NCBI RefSeq assembly: GCF_006345805.1
Contig: NC_042998.1
Coordinates: 112,778,001-112,842,000, forward strand
Length of the DNA stretch: 64,000 bases
Origin: Octopus sinensis
Taxonomy: Eukaryota
Reading direction: 5' to 3'
How positions within the stretch are numbered: position 1 is the first letter of the stretch; each line of letters begins with the position of its first letter. The notes under the pieces were generated by a model, which did not search any database, was not told the DNA's origin, and saw only the letters and a program-made list of their open reading frames with translations. The position numbers were made by a program, and so were the translations under genes. Shown here piece after piece: positions 37,875-50,846 of the stretch.

Positions 37875-38079
37875 TCCCATCACTAGAAGTTGGTGGGGCT
37901 CATTCCCTTGCTTGCAATATATCAGATGTAGCTCTTGCGGGTTAAAAAGTTGCCTAAAAGTCCATTCAAACAGAACAGCCATTTTGAAGTGGCTACAAAC
38001 ATTACTTGCTAATACAACTACTGCGATCATCTCTTAGAGAGATTTTAGCACTAGCTTTTTAGTTTATATATATATATAC

Positions 38080-38400
38080 TCACACACAGAGCACCTATAC
38101 ATTTGTACATAATATAGCAGCTATATATTTCTGTATCATGTAGAATACTTTTATTTCTGCACATAATAATACACTTATATGTTTCCGAAAACAGTAATTA
38201 CCTATATATTTCTGTACATAGTATATTACCTCTATATTTCTGTATAAAGTATAGTACCTATATATTCATGTGTATAGTAATTCACCTATATATTTCTGCA
38301 CATAATATAGCATCTATATATTTTGTATACAGTAATACACCTACATATATTTTTTACAAAGTATCTATATATTTCTGTGCATAATATAGAACCAATGTAT
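38080..38400. repeat. Degenerate minisatellite
   Basis: Repeated acctatatatttctgtacata-like units. Confidence 0.6.
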
Positions 38401-40164
38401 CGGTAGAGCATCTGTATAGTTCTAAACATAGTACATGTATTTTGTTCATATTGTAAGATCACTAATGTCAGTACAAGAATATAGCTTTGCACTTCTTAAT
38501 GATAATAATAATAATAATAATAATAAATGCCCTGATGCAGTACCAGGCAGTGGCTCTCATGGCTTCTGATCTTAACTGATTGGAAGTGTTTTCATGTATA
38601 TTGTTTTGTCTTGGTATAAAAGATGGGCTACAGCAAATATTTTGCTCAATACCACAGATTTGCTTGTCAGTTGCCTGACCTTAACCAGTTGAGCATGTCC
38701 TTTGGTGGCTGATGATATGTGCATCTCTGATCACGAGCAGAAGTAGAGGGGGAGCATCATAGCCATGTGTTGAGAGGAATTCTTTGGGGTTTGGATAATT
38801 CACCCTTGAAAACATGGGTGTTTCATTCATCAGCCTTAAACAAACCTTATTCAGGGACCTTTTGTGTGTGATGGGTGACTCGACCTGAAGAAAATTCTAA
38901 CTGGGCCCCACCTGCAAGGTCATGCGCTGTTTATCTTGATATGAGATCACCATGTCGCATACATATATGGTTGTGATGCATGTGCTTGGTGTACCCTTAT
39001 CAGACAGGTAGTCATGATGAGTATACTGGGCTTGGTTTTTTTTTTTTTACCCCAGTGTCACTTTGATGGCATGCACTGCTCTCTCACTCAATAATAATAA
39101 TAATAATAATGATGATGATAATAATAATAATAACAATCCCATAGGAACTGCCCATATCCTACATAAAATACTGTCTATGTAATCTCAAATTTTAAAACAA
39201 ACTCACAATTTTCTTATGTTTTCTTAAACATTCTCTAGAACAATACTATGTGCAAAACCAAACAGCTGACACCCTAGGTATAACATCAACATGAACTTCT
39301 AACTTGTTGTCTCTTGAGGTCTCTGGGTGATACTTGGAGTCAACTTGTACAAATACAAAGCAAAAGTCAAACATATAATAATAATAATCCTTTCTACTAT
39401 GGGCACAAGACCTGATATTTTGGGAGAAGGGGCTAGTCAATTACAATGACCCCAGTGCTTGACTAGTACTCATTTTATTGACCCTGAAAGGATGAAAGGC
39501 AAAGTCGACCCCAGTGGCATTTGAACTCAGAATGTGAAGACAGATGAAATATCACTAAGCACTTTGCCCAGCATGCTACTGATTCTGCGAGCTTGCCACC
39601 TTAATAATAATCCTTTCTACTAAAGGCACAAGGCCTCAAATTTGTGAAAAAGGGACTAGTCAATTACATTGACCCCAGTACTCAACTAGCACTTAATTTA
39701 TTGACCCCAAAAGATGACAAGCAAAGTCATGTTTGGTTGTATTTGATACTTTCCAAGTATGAGCCAAGCATTCATTCTCCCAAACATTACTGAATAGCTT
39801 TAGGAGTTGGGCATTCACAGCTGGTTAGAGTCAAGTAAACTGATTACTGATATTCATTTTGCTGACCTGGTGGCTGAGAAATTGAAGGGACATAACTAAA
39901 TAGGTCGTATATTTTGCTTAGCACCATACACACCACCATTTCAAAGAGAAAAAGAAATGAGGAAGGAAAAAGGAGAAAATGGATGAAAAGAAAAAAAGAA
40001 AGACAGAAATAAGAAAAATTTGTAGAAAGTGTATAAGAAGAAAGAGAGCATGAGAGAGAGGTAGGATTGCAGAGGAAGAAGTGATATTGAAGTAACAGTA
40101 GTAAGAGGGGGAAATGATATTTATGACAACAGAAGTTGACAGATAAAGCAATGGTCCCACTTAC

Positions 40165-40262
40165 CAGACAATCTAGGATCATCATTGATAAAGAAAAACT
40201 TTCTGTCTGGTGGTGGCATAGACGTCTTCATCATCAGTGTTCTGTGATCTGTGACAGCAGCT
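40165..40262 (-). CDS. NOL8 C-terminal-like gene, exon
   Basis: tttatttccaacccttgcag| and CTG|GTAAGT; 98 nt, phase 2 to 1; AAVTDHRTLMMKTSMPPPDRKFFFINDDPRLS (cf. recalled NOL8 RFFFFSKNDERLQ). Confidence 0.8.
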
Positions 40263-40424
40263 CTGCAAGGGTTGGAAATAAATATTTCTATGAAGACAAT
40301 GGCAAGGATGACAGGATTTTGTTTTAAGCAAGATGGAACTTCTATCCTAACTTTCTGTACTTTACTGTCACAACTTCTAAATAGCAGGAACTACTAAATT
40401 ATTGGTTAATATTACAAAATATTT

Positions 40425-41285
40425 ACTGAGACGAGTCAAAAGTATCTGCATACATGCTAGTTTGTGGCATGTATATCACATAACAAGCAATTCAAGCCAT
40501 GGAAGGTACTCATGAAGTTTGTAGAATCAGACTAGTTTGTGTGCTGATATATTGTGCATTGCTTTACTCCATGTGGAAATTGCACAGATGAATGGGCAAT
40601 GTAGTCTAATTCAGGAGCTTATGCTTTATCAGACCAAACTAGACCATAATGTCACAGAAACAACCAAAACATTTGTTGTGTGAAAAATGAAAACACAGCA
40701 GAGGAACCAGATGGTACAAGAAATTTAGCTTGGGTTGCAAGAACCTTAATGATCAGGCAAGGTTAAGTAGGCCTAAAAACCATACATTCTGAAGCTGGGC
40801 ACAAAGCATAGATGCAAATCTAGTGACTGGCACTCGGAGAGTATCAGATAAGTTCAGCATTTCATGAATGTATGCCATTGTACAGCAAAAATATCCAGAA
40901 TGCAAGCTCTTCTGCTGCAAGATGACATAAGACTTTACACCACTTGAACCCAGAATAAACTCCAGGAAATTTGAGAGAATTGACCTGATGCCACACCCAG
41001 CGTGTAGTATGGACATTATTCTTATTTGTTCTGATCCATGGCTCACTTTCTGTGCTCATGGTGTTTCATCAATCTAGAGGAGGTTGAAGCTTCAGTGAAG
41101 AAGTTCTTCCCCTCAAAAGATAAGAACATGTATCAGCGTGGGATCAAAGAACTGACAGAAAGGTGACTTCAGACAATGCAATACAATGGCCTCTACTTTG
41201 AATGCCCAGCTGCTTTTGGTGTAACTTGAATACAACAAATAAGTAACCAAAATATTGCAAAACTTTTGATGCAACACAATATTTC
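40425..41285 (+). mobile_element. Highly decayed mariner remnant
   Basis: EEVEASVKKFFPSKDKNMYQRGIKELTER*LQTMQYNGLYFE at about 41078-41203 resembles a mariner C-terminus; weak TIR-like ends. Confidence 0.5.
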
Positions 41286-41822
41286 AAGCTTTACAATTTC
41301 TTTCTCTCTCTCTCACACAGACACACATGAACATATGAATATATAATGACTGTGCAGTTAAAACTGCTGTGTAACCATGTGGTTTTGGATTAACTCCCAC
41401 TGTGCAGCAACTAGGAGAAGTGTTTTCTGCAATAATCCTGGGAAAACTGACCAATGCTAGCTGGTTTCAGTCACTGAATTGTAGCCTTGCTGGGGCAATG
41501 CCTATATGTTTTTAGTCAATAATTTCAACCACACAATTTTGTCTGCTATTTATCTCATAAGCTACAAAATAGAGAGTGGTATAAGGAGAGATAACTCATA
41601 TGTATTTCCACTCAATTCTGCCAGTTCTAACTACACACATGCACATGCATATATCAGTGTGGTGTGAAAACTGGTATATACACATCAGCAGGCTTCTACA
41701 TGGTTTTTGTCAATTAAATTTTACTTACAAGGTTATGGCAGAAGATGCCCATGACTTACTTCTTAACTACATAGCCATGTCTGAACCCAAAATCTGAATG
41801 GAAAACAATAAAATTTACATAC

Positions 41823-41925
41823 TTGTTTTTGAGTTGTTGATCTCTGACTTTTGTTTCATCACATTCTTCACTACTACCTCCTTCATCGGAAGATTCATAT
41901 TGTTCCCTAGTTTCGATTGGTTCAT
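41823..41925 (-). CDS. NOL8 C-terminal-like gene, exon
   Basis: ctctctgttctgtttcaattag| and AA|GTATGT; 103 nt, phase 1 to 2; DEPIETREQYESSDEEVVVEECDETKVRDQQLKN, acidic SSDEE patch. Confidence 0.75.
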
Positions 41926-43631
41926 CTAATTGAAACAGAACAGAGAGGAGATGCTATGTTGTAAATATAATCAAAACTGACTGTGTGGTTGGGAAATGGT
42001 GATTATTCTAGTATATTAAGTTGTTACCTACACTCAAAAGACCATCTTGTTGTTTTAGAGGTATGTAGGATTACATTATCTAATTAATTTTTCCTTATAT
42101 TAAGGCAGTAGGGTATGATGAAGAACTTTGACTGTTACTTATAGTAAATCGGCAACTGCTGAATAGACACTCAATTCAACTAAGGGACATAATTCTTGTC
42201 CCAAACTGTAACAGAAGCAGTCATGAAATTATTGAGTAAGAGAATAAGACAAGCATATATATATATTATATATTACAAGAGCAAATATTACAGTAACACA
42301 TGAAGAAAAATCAGTAAAAGGAAGATAACTTCTCCCTTCCTCTTATCAGCCTCTGAGATCCTGGAATAACCTCATGGGCATCTCTACCACCATTGTTTTA
42401 ATGTCGGTTTCTACCTGCTACAATGAATTATATCATAGTTCATCATCAAATTATGTCAGTTTAACTTGAAGCAAGATATCAGTTTATCCCTAATATTACG
42501 TTAAATGTATATAATAATATTACAGCTTACAATATTATAGATCCAAACTGTTGTCCAGTCTTTCACATTCTGCATTGACACTGCCAAAATAATGCTACTG
42601 ATTGTCTGCTCAGAGAGACATATAACTATCCAGTTAATGTGATATTTCATACTGATACTGAGTATTATCAACAGAGCTATAACAGATGTAACTGTTTGAA
42701 AGACTTCTTTTAGTTTGAAGTATGTCGACTTATGATTTAAACAAAAGTTCCATTTTAAAGGTAGATACGTTATGGAAAATACAGCGACTATATAGAGAGG
42801 GTCAAGTGACTACATAAATGCTCGCTCATGGTGTGGGATGGATACAAATATTTTGTCTATATCAATACCCATTGTAGATTAAGAAAAACTTTCAGTTGCT
42901 CCTACAGCTCTCAGTATCAGAAGGAACAGCAAGTACAATGACTATTGAAATATAAGAGAGCATAATGAAGGTGTGGTTGTGTAGTTTAGATGTTCACTTT
43001 GTAGCCCATGTGATTTCAGGTTTCATTCGTCTGCACAGCACTTTGGGCAAGTGTCTTTTACCACAGCTTTAGGCTGATCAAAATTTTGTGGGTGATATTT
43101 CGTAAATGGAAACTGTTTGGAAGCCCATCCTGTTTTTCAGCAGTAGACTTAATCCATCACTCAGTTTAACATTACTCACTGGCCCATGGATTCCTTTAAC
43201 AGAGTTTGCTCTATTACAAGCATTAAGTCACATCTTGAATTTGACGATAACGTCCTTTCTCTCAACAGTTTCCTAGATCCTGCAAAAAGAGGTTATGAGT
43301 ACTGCCCCTCCAACAGTCAAGCTATAAAAAAAATTAGCTGATCTGGAAAGAAGATTATTTTATCCACAACAGGCTAATAGAATCTACTGGCTGCTATACT
43401 TCACTGATTGGTTAAAGCTAAGATATTTACAATTCCTGTTGTGACATACTAACAGGAATGGTAAGGAAAAGAATCAGATGCAAACAGTAAACAAGAGTGG
43501 AAATGTGATATCACTGACAGAACTTACAATGGACAGAAGTAAATTGTATATGACATCACAGTCACAGAGATGATCAAGTATTCCACAATCTCAAATTAAA
43601 AAGGAAAAAGATACTGAAAATAAGTACCTAC

Positions 43632-43777
43632 CTTCATTTTCCTGATCTTCAGAAACTTTTGTTTTACCAAATAAAGACAACAGTGAGAAAGAAGCACTAT
43701 CTGTTGATCTAAATGATGTAGCAATCGATTTTTCAACATGAAAATATTTCTCTTTGTTAGTTTCAGATTCTTTAGCA
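43632..43777 (-). CDS. NOL8 C-terminal-like gene, exon
   Basis: ttttttttcttag| and AAG|GTAGGT; 146 nt, phase 2 to 1; SAKESETNKEKYFHVEKSIATSFRSTDSASFSLLSLFGKTKVSEDQENE (cf. recalled VSKEMYYNIAMDLKEIF). Confidence 0.8.
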
Positions 43778-44250
43778 CTAAGAAAAAAAAGTACAAAACA
43801 ATATATTATATCAAACAACTGCAATACATATTCAAATCATTATACTTTTCAGTGTTGGGCCTCACAGAGGTAATGACTGAGACCATTGGCATTATGTCGT
43901 ACTTGAAAAGAAGACTCATCAAGCTGAACAAAATCTCTGTCAATGCAGATACCAGTGTCACATAAATGGCACCCATGCCAGATGCCAGTGGCACATAAAA
44001 GAAGCCATTACACTCTAAGAGTGCTTGGTGTTAGGAAGGGCATCTAGCCATAGAAAAACCATGCCAAATCAGACTGGAATCTGGTTCAGCATTCCAACCA
44101 TGCCAGCATGGACAATGGACGTTAAATGATGATGATGATGATGATGACAATGATTTTTAAAACATTTCAAAGTTTGAATTTTCACAGGTGGAATTTTTTA
44201 ATTACTGATGGAAATTTTGTAAACTTACTGGACAACAAATATGTAATATA

Positions 44251-45505
44251 TTGGGTCATCTCATAAATAATGCAGTTTTTTTCAATTGCATGAACTAAAA
44301 GTTGGAGGGGGATGGGATAAACTACTTGCATCAACTTGCTATAAAAGCAGGTAGTAATTTTATCTTGTACTTATTCTTAGTGCAAGTTTTGAAGAGTGCA
44401 GTTCAATTTTAACAGCTATTTTTTCAAAGCTATAATGGAAGTGACAAAGGAGCATATTTTGCTTTATGAGTTCAATAAAGGCAACAATGCAATGGAAAGT
44501 GTGTGGAATATTAATGCAGTATATGAGGATCACACAATAAGCATAAACCTGTGTCAGTGGTTCCAGAAATTCTGAGCCAGAAACTATAGCCTACATGAGC
44601 CGCATCATGAAAGATCTGTAGACCTTGATGAGGACATCCTGTAAACCCTGGCGGAACAAAATCCTATCGTAACTGTTGAGGAACTAACAGAAAAGTTTAG
44701 ACTTGGTCATTCAACCATTCATTGACATCTGCATGCCATCAGAAAAATTCGGCAAATTGGGTCAGTGGGTTCCTCATAAACTTTCTGAGTCTAATTGTGC
44801 ACAGAGAGTGAATGTGTGCTCTTCTTTGCTGTCACATCTCATGAATGAACCTTTTTTTGGATCACACAGTGGCTGGTGACAATAAATGTGTTCTCTTTAA
44901 AAAATGTCAAGCACCGAAGTCAGTAGGTAGGGAAAGGAGAAACGCCAGCATCCCAGGCTAGATGTCTTCACCCACGTAAAGTATTGTTATATGTTTGAAA
45001 GGTTTAATCCACTTTGAACTTTTAAACCCAAACCAAACAATAACAAAGATCTACTGTGAGCAGCTTAAGTCAACACTAGAAGAAAAACTACCATCTTTGG
45101 TTTCTAGATGAAAGGTGTTCTTCTATCAGGATAATGTTCGGCCACATACAGCAAGGATGATATTCCAAATGCTGGAGCAATTTGAATGGGAAACAATGCC
45201 CCATCCACCATATTCACCAAACATTGCCCCATCTAATTACCATTTATTCCGCAGTCTTCAAAATCATTTGGACAGAAAAAACATGAATTCTGTAGATGAG
45301 ATCAGAACAGTACTGGAGGAGTATTTTTCATCACAGACAAGTGAATTTTGGAAGAGGAGCCTTGTAAGTGTACTAGATAGACGGAAGAGCATTGTAGAAA
45401 ATGAAGGAGAGTATATTTTAGATTAAAAAAGAATTTCGTTTATCTTAATTTTGAAAAAAAAAAAAAGAAGTATATAAAAACCATATTATTTATGGGATGA
45501 CCCAA
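44251..45505 (+). mobile_element. Mariner transposon, full-length span, decayed transposase
   Basis: TIRs ttgggtcatc(t/c)cataaataat flanked by TA; WVPHKL at about 44766; QDNVRPH and YSPNIAPSNYHLFRSLQNHL. Confidence 0.92.
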
Positions 45506-47620
45506 TAACTACAAACTGATACACTGTGAAATCATTATACCACTAATCAGACTGATCAATTAGCAGGATTAATAAACAATTGGTCTAAACACATTGCAGT
45601 ATTTGGTTATGTCTCTGAGTACTGAGTTCAAACACTAAAGGTGTTAACAACATTAGTGACCCCTTTTAGTACCTCAGTAGCTGGTGGGAAGACGTTATTC
45701 TCAGATCAGAGAAGTGGCTCAAATGTTTGCACATGAGCCAAGTTGTGGTTTTAAGCTGGGTGATGGATTTAAATCAGCTATCCAAGAATAGGAACAGTCC
45801 CTCTGACGGGCTTCTAGATAGTTTCCATCTACCAAATTTCAGATACAAGGCTTAGATTGACCTAAGGCTATGATAGATGACATTTGCACAAGAAGCTGTG
45901 CAGTGAGATTGAATTCAAAACCACAAAGTGGCAATGAAAGCTTCTTTACAGATGCTTGTAGCCATAACTTCATCCACTTATTTCATAGGTCAATAAATTA
46001 AACGTCAGTCAAAGTACTTGGTTGATTAAACCACCTGTTTCCTCTCTCTTCCCAAAAATGTGTCCCTGTGTCATTTATAAAAAAGCATTATCAGCCTGAT
46101 GGTTACTAGAGAAACTATAATTCTAAATTCCAATGAGACTATGGGACTATTAGAACCAGGAAATATTTTCTTTTTCTTCTACTCGTTTTACTAAAGACTG
46201 CTATGAAAATTAGGGAGTTTATTTAGAAGTAACCAAATTACTCATCTGTCAGTTGTTAAAAAGAAGAAAATTAGATGGTTCAGTCCTATAAAGCAATGCC
46301 ATGACACACTATTTCTCAAGAATATGGTCATGTATGAACAAACTTTAGTTGAAAGTTTAAGACCACAAATGAGCTAGTTGAGCAAAATCAAGAAATGAAA
46401 GGGGAAGAGAATGGAAAACTTAAGGTTTGTTGATGACTGGGAAAGATGAAGGCTACAGCTTAATAACAGGGGGGGGGGTCTTCTTCTTTCACCTCTCATT
46501 TCATTATTCTACTGAATTTTGGAACAATTGAGTATTCCACAGGATGATGTTTCCAAACCAGTGATCCTTCTAATGAAAAATAACACTATAGCCATGAAGT
46601 AAAGTTAAACTTATTACTGCAGGCCAACAAACCATTCATGAATTTTACGCTAATGTCATTAATATGGTAGCTACTTAGAATAAAAGTAAATAATGGAATA
46701 GGCCTAAGGTTCAAATCAAGCCACTGATTTGCAGGGAAAACACTTTATCCTACATTACCTACAGTTCTCAATAGGAATATGCAACAGATGATCTAATATG
46801 ATACAAATATATCAAGTTCATGTTGGAAGGGTATCCATCCACAAGAACCAAATCAACAAAAATGATAGACACAACAACTAGCAGTTTACTTTGTAATACA
46901 GAAGAACTGTGACAGGTGGCAAGATGTTGTACTAGCACAAACCTGTCCAAACCGGTATCAGGACAAATTTTAAACAAAAAATATCAACTAATATTTTTAA
47001 TTTTTTTATAAAATTTCAGTTTCCTAAAATATTTTTATTATAAAAATCAAAAATCAAAATCAAATTCGATGACTGGCATCCGTGCTAGCAGGGTGCAAAG
47101 AGCACCATCCAAGCGTGATCGTTACCAGAGCGGCTATCTGGCCTCCATGCCAGTGGCACGTAAAAAACACTATTCGAGCGTGATCGTTACCAGCATCGCC
47201 TTACTGGCACCCGCTCCGGTGGCATGTGTAACAGATTTGAGTGAGGTCGTTGCCAGTGCCGCCTGACTAACCCCGTGCCGGTGGAACAAAAAAGCACCCA
47301 CTACACTCTCAGAGTGGTTGGCGTTAGGAAGGGCATCCAGCTGTAGAAACTCTGCCCAATCAAGATTGAAGCCTGGTGCAGCCATCTGGTTCGCCAGCCC
47401 TCAATCATACGTCCAACCCATGCTAGCATGGAAAGCGGACGTTAAATGATGATGATAAAGAAAGCACAATATCCCAGGAGGTACTGACTGCCAGGGAATT
47501 TTGTCTAGTGGGGATTTTGTTTGGAGGAAGATTTTGTCTTAGTACCATCCAAACCATTCTAGCAGCTCACAAAAGAGATATACACATATATAAAGGTATG
47601 TAATATTACTAATCACTTAC

Positions 47621-47728
47621 CTGAATGATGTTTCAGACTTTGCTGCTTCCTTTTTCTTTCTTTTACGTTTTTGTGAACTTTGGGCAATATTCTGTTGATT
47701 AAGCTCTACTCTAGGGCTGGCCAAATTT
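47621..47728 (-). CDS. NOL8 C-terminal-like gene, exon
   Basis: ttttcattattttgtag| and CAG|GTAAGT; 108 nt, phase 2 to 2; NLASPRVELNQQNIAQSSQKRKRKKKEAAKSETSF (basic NLS-like run; cf. recalled NOL8 KAKRKKKREEAEK). Confidence 0.8.
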
Positions 47729-48479
47729 CTACAAAATAATGAAAAAGATCATTAGGTTTTCACTTTTACTTCTGTATTTAGATGAATTCTCCAGATAAAC
47801 ATGGCTGAGATATCATTATCATTTCTTTAACATCTACTTTTCCATACTTGCATGGATCAGATGGAGATTTTTCTATAGTCACCAACCTACACATTTCCAA
47901 ACAAGGTAATATTTTCACATGGATAGATATGTTTACACAGAAAACTGTAAGATGGTGATGCCTGATTATCTCATAATATCAAGACAAGATTACACACTCA
48001 CTCACACACACATATTGGGTTGTTACTTAATTATTGCGGCTTTTTTCAACAAATTTTATTCAAAAAAATCAATAACAACATGTAACAAAAACATCTTTAA
48101 ATGATTATTCCGGAGCATATTTACCATCTACTTCAATTACTGCTTCCCATTTGCTTGGCAGACGGTCAGACCATCATTTAAAGATGTTTTTGTTAAATAT
48201 TGTTATTGTTTTTGTTGAATAAAATTTGTTGAGAAAAAAGGCGCAATAATTATGCACCAACCTAATACATACAGATATTTTATGACTTTACTTAGACATA
48301 GCAATATTAATAACCAGTTGTTAGAATTCAATACACTAATGCCTTAGAGTAAAGTATTAGGCAAGTACAGAGCATAATAAAAATTAATGACAACAGAATA
48401 GGAGTTACTCAGCTCTGAATGCGCTGCTGCTATAACAGTGAATGAAGATGATTACATGACCCCTGTTTGCATAGTCATG

Positions 48480-49180
48480 CGCATACAACAGAGTGTAGGC
48501 ACCTTGAGAGAAATGTTGGACATAAGAAGTATTGGATGTAGTGTGCAAGAGAGACATGTGCATTGGTATGGTCATGTACCAATGAGGAGAGCTGCGTGAA
48601 GAAGTGCCACTCCCAAACAGCGGAAGGAATCCAGGGTAGAGAGAGACCCAGGAAGACATGGGATGAGGTGGTGAAGCATGACCTTCAAACGTTGGGCCTC
48701 ACTGAGGCAATGACAAAAGGCCAAGACCTCTGGAGATATGTTGTTACTGAAAAAAAACAGCAAATAAAGTGAGTTCACAGCTGTAACCTACACCAGTATC
48801 ACATAACCAGCCCACTCGCCATGCTTGAGGAGACCTATTCAGTCAAGTACATCAAAATCAAATGGAAATTATAGTTGTGATCCCCATGCCGGTGGCATGT
48901 AAAAAACACAATCCAAACTTGGCTGATGCCAGCGCCGCCTTGGCTGGCTTCCAACCGATCATAGTCATTGCCAGCCCCCTCTAGCTCCTATGCTGGTGGC
49001 ATGTAAAAAGCACCCACTACACTCTCAGAGTGGCTGGTGTTAGGAAAGGCATCCAGCTGTAGAACCACTGTCAGATCAGACTGGTGCTTGGTGCAGCCTC
49101 CTGGCTTCCCAGACCCCAGTCGAACCGCCCAACCTATGCCAGCATGGAAAACGGATGTTAAACGATGATGATGATGATTT
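48480..49180 (+). mobile_element. RTE LINE 3' end plus UTR
   Basis: CVKKCHS...EGIQGRERPRKTWDEVVKHDLQTLGLTEAMT, then UTR and (GAT)n tail. Confidence 0.85.
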
Positions 49181-50412
49181 AATGTCCATGTTCCATGCTG
49201 ACACTAACTGCACAGTATGTCGTGTTCCAATGAGTAAAAAGAATGCAACAAGCTCGTATCAGCTTTGCCATGGTTTCTAAGGCTGACTGCCCTTCTTAAC
49301 ACCAAGTACTTTAAAGTGTGTACTGGATGCTTTTTCATGCCACCAGCACTATTGGGGTTGTCATGCAGCTTGCAAGACTACAAACCTCCAAGTGAACCAA
49401 CTTTATGATTGGAGATGAGGAGTAGGGAGGGACAAGGTATGAGGGAAAATGGCCAAGATAGATCATATTTCTTAATACAAAAGAGCTTCATGATTACTCC
49501 CATTTTAGAAGGGAAGATGGGAGTAATCAAGTGGAGCTGAAAGTGATAAAAATAGTGGTAATGAGGTGCCGGTGTGGTTCTTCAAGGTACGAGGTGGATA
49601 GGAATGAGTGAGGCGGTGGAGCCAGGAGTGAATAAGGGAGCAGGCGATGTCTGATAGTGCAGAACAGGAGAAATAGTAATGATGATACAGTAAACAAGAG
49701 GATTAAAGGGGGAGATATGACATGTTGTTGGATGGGTTGCAGAAGTAAATGAGGACAAGAGAGGGAAGAGTAATGTATGAGGAGGGTAAGGTACATGATG
49801 TGGGGGAAAGGAGAGACAATTTGGTGGCCCAGTGGGAATGGGTAGTCTATGAAAGTGTGGGTGAAGAGTACAGTATAAATGGATGAAGGATAACACATGA
49901 AGTGGTTCTGAGTAGTAAGAAAGTGAAGGAAGAACTGCAGCTAGGGAGAAACCAATAATACAATAAGATGGTGATATTAATAATAAAAAGAAGGCAACAA
50001 GCTGGCAAAATCGTTAGCACTCCAGGTGAAATGCTTAGCAGTATTTCGTCTGTCGCTACTTATAAAATAAGTACCAATTGAGCACTGGGGTTGATGTAAT
50101 TGACTCACCCTCTTCCTTGAAATAGCTGGCCTTAGGCCAAAAATTTGAAACCAATATTATAATTAGGAGGCAGTGAGCTGACAGAATCTTTAGCACACCG
50201 AACAAAATGCTTAGTGGTATTTCACACACAGCTACATTCCAAGTTCAAATTCCACCGAGTTTGACTTTGCCTTTCATCCTTTCAGGGTCAATAAATTAAG
50301 TACCAGTGAAACACTGGGGTTCATGTAATCAACTAGCCCCTCCCCAAAAATGTTGAGGCCTTGTGCCTCCAGTACAAAGGATATTAATAATAAAAAGAAA
50401 TAGAACATTTAC

Positions 50413-50483
50413 TTGGATGTTTTCTGCTTTGACTTAGCCAAATTTTTTTCATCATCTGATGACAAAATATTCATTATCGTCAT
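50413..50483 (-). CDS. NOL8 C-terminal-like gene, first coding exon (exon spans 50515-50413; ATG at 50483)
   Basis: tttttttattcag| acceptor at 50517-50516 and AA|GTAAAT donor; MTIMNILSSDDEKNLAKSKQKTS; its phase-2 end joins the next exon in frame. In-frame TAA at 50498-50496 upstream of the ATG. Confidence 0.6.
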
Positions 50484-50599
50484 ACTACTCCTTTCTTATT
50501 TTGTTTCAACAATTCCTGAATAAAAAAAATAGATTTCACTGAATAGAAATATAATCAAATAAACATTTATTTACAGTTCTATATTTAAGAGATGAGAAA

Positions 50600-50838
50600 T
50601 TATGTACATTATTTTCATTATTTACATTTGACGGATATTTATCATCTTGTTTGTTGTTAACACGTTTCAGCTGATATACCCTCCAGCTTTCATCAGGTGC
50701 CTTGGGGAAATTTCGAACCTGGGTACTCATCCCTAAGGTATTTTTCGATGTTATTATTATTATTATTATTCAGGTCACTGCCTGGAATCAAAATCGGAAT
50801 CTTTGGGTTAGTAGCCTGCGCTCTTAACCACTACGCCA
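50600..50838 (-). mobile_element. tRNA-headed SINE-like element with hammerhead-like segment (left, inverted copy)
   Basis: Reverse strand: TGGCGTAGTGGTTAAGAGCGC (A box)...TTGATTCC (B-box-like)...CCTGATGAAAGCTG..CAGCTGAAACG. Confidence 0.75.
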
Positions 50839-50846
50839 GGGGTATA

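Larger units (their letters stand above)
35252..38062 (+). mobile_element. Element bounded by hammerhead-containing direct repeats (35252-35540, 37806-38062) with a decayed CCHC/ORF1-like coding region
   Basis: Diverged direct repeats, (TA)n on both outer flanks, internal broken ORF 35771-36830 ending in EGRRPR / GQKGHVHSTC and a K/E/Q-rich tail. SINE insertions at 37400-37775. Confidence 0.6.

Noticed and set aside
40136-40327. Plus-strand ORF MTDKAMVPLTRQSRIIIDKEK as a LINE fragment
   Set aside because: Better explained as the antisense of the minus-strand exon 40262-40165.
49500-49960. Purine-rich block and the pyrimidine-rich block at 60200-60760 as ORFs or a long-range inverted pair
   Set aside because: Only weak, patchy similarity; probably an old dispersed repeat, and the ORFs are low-complexity.
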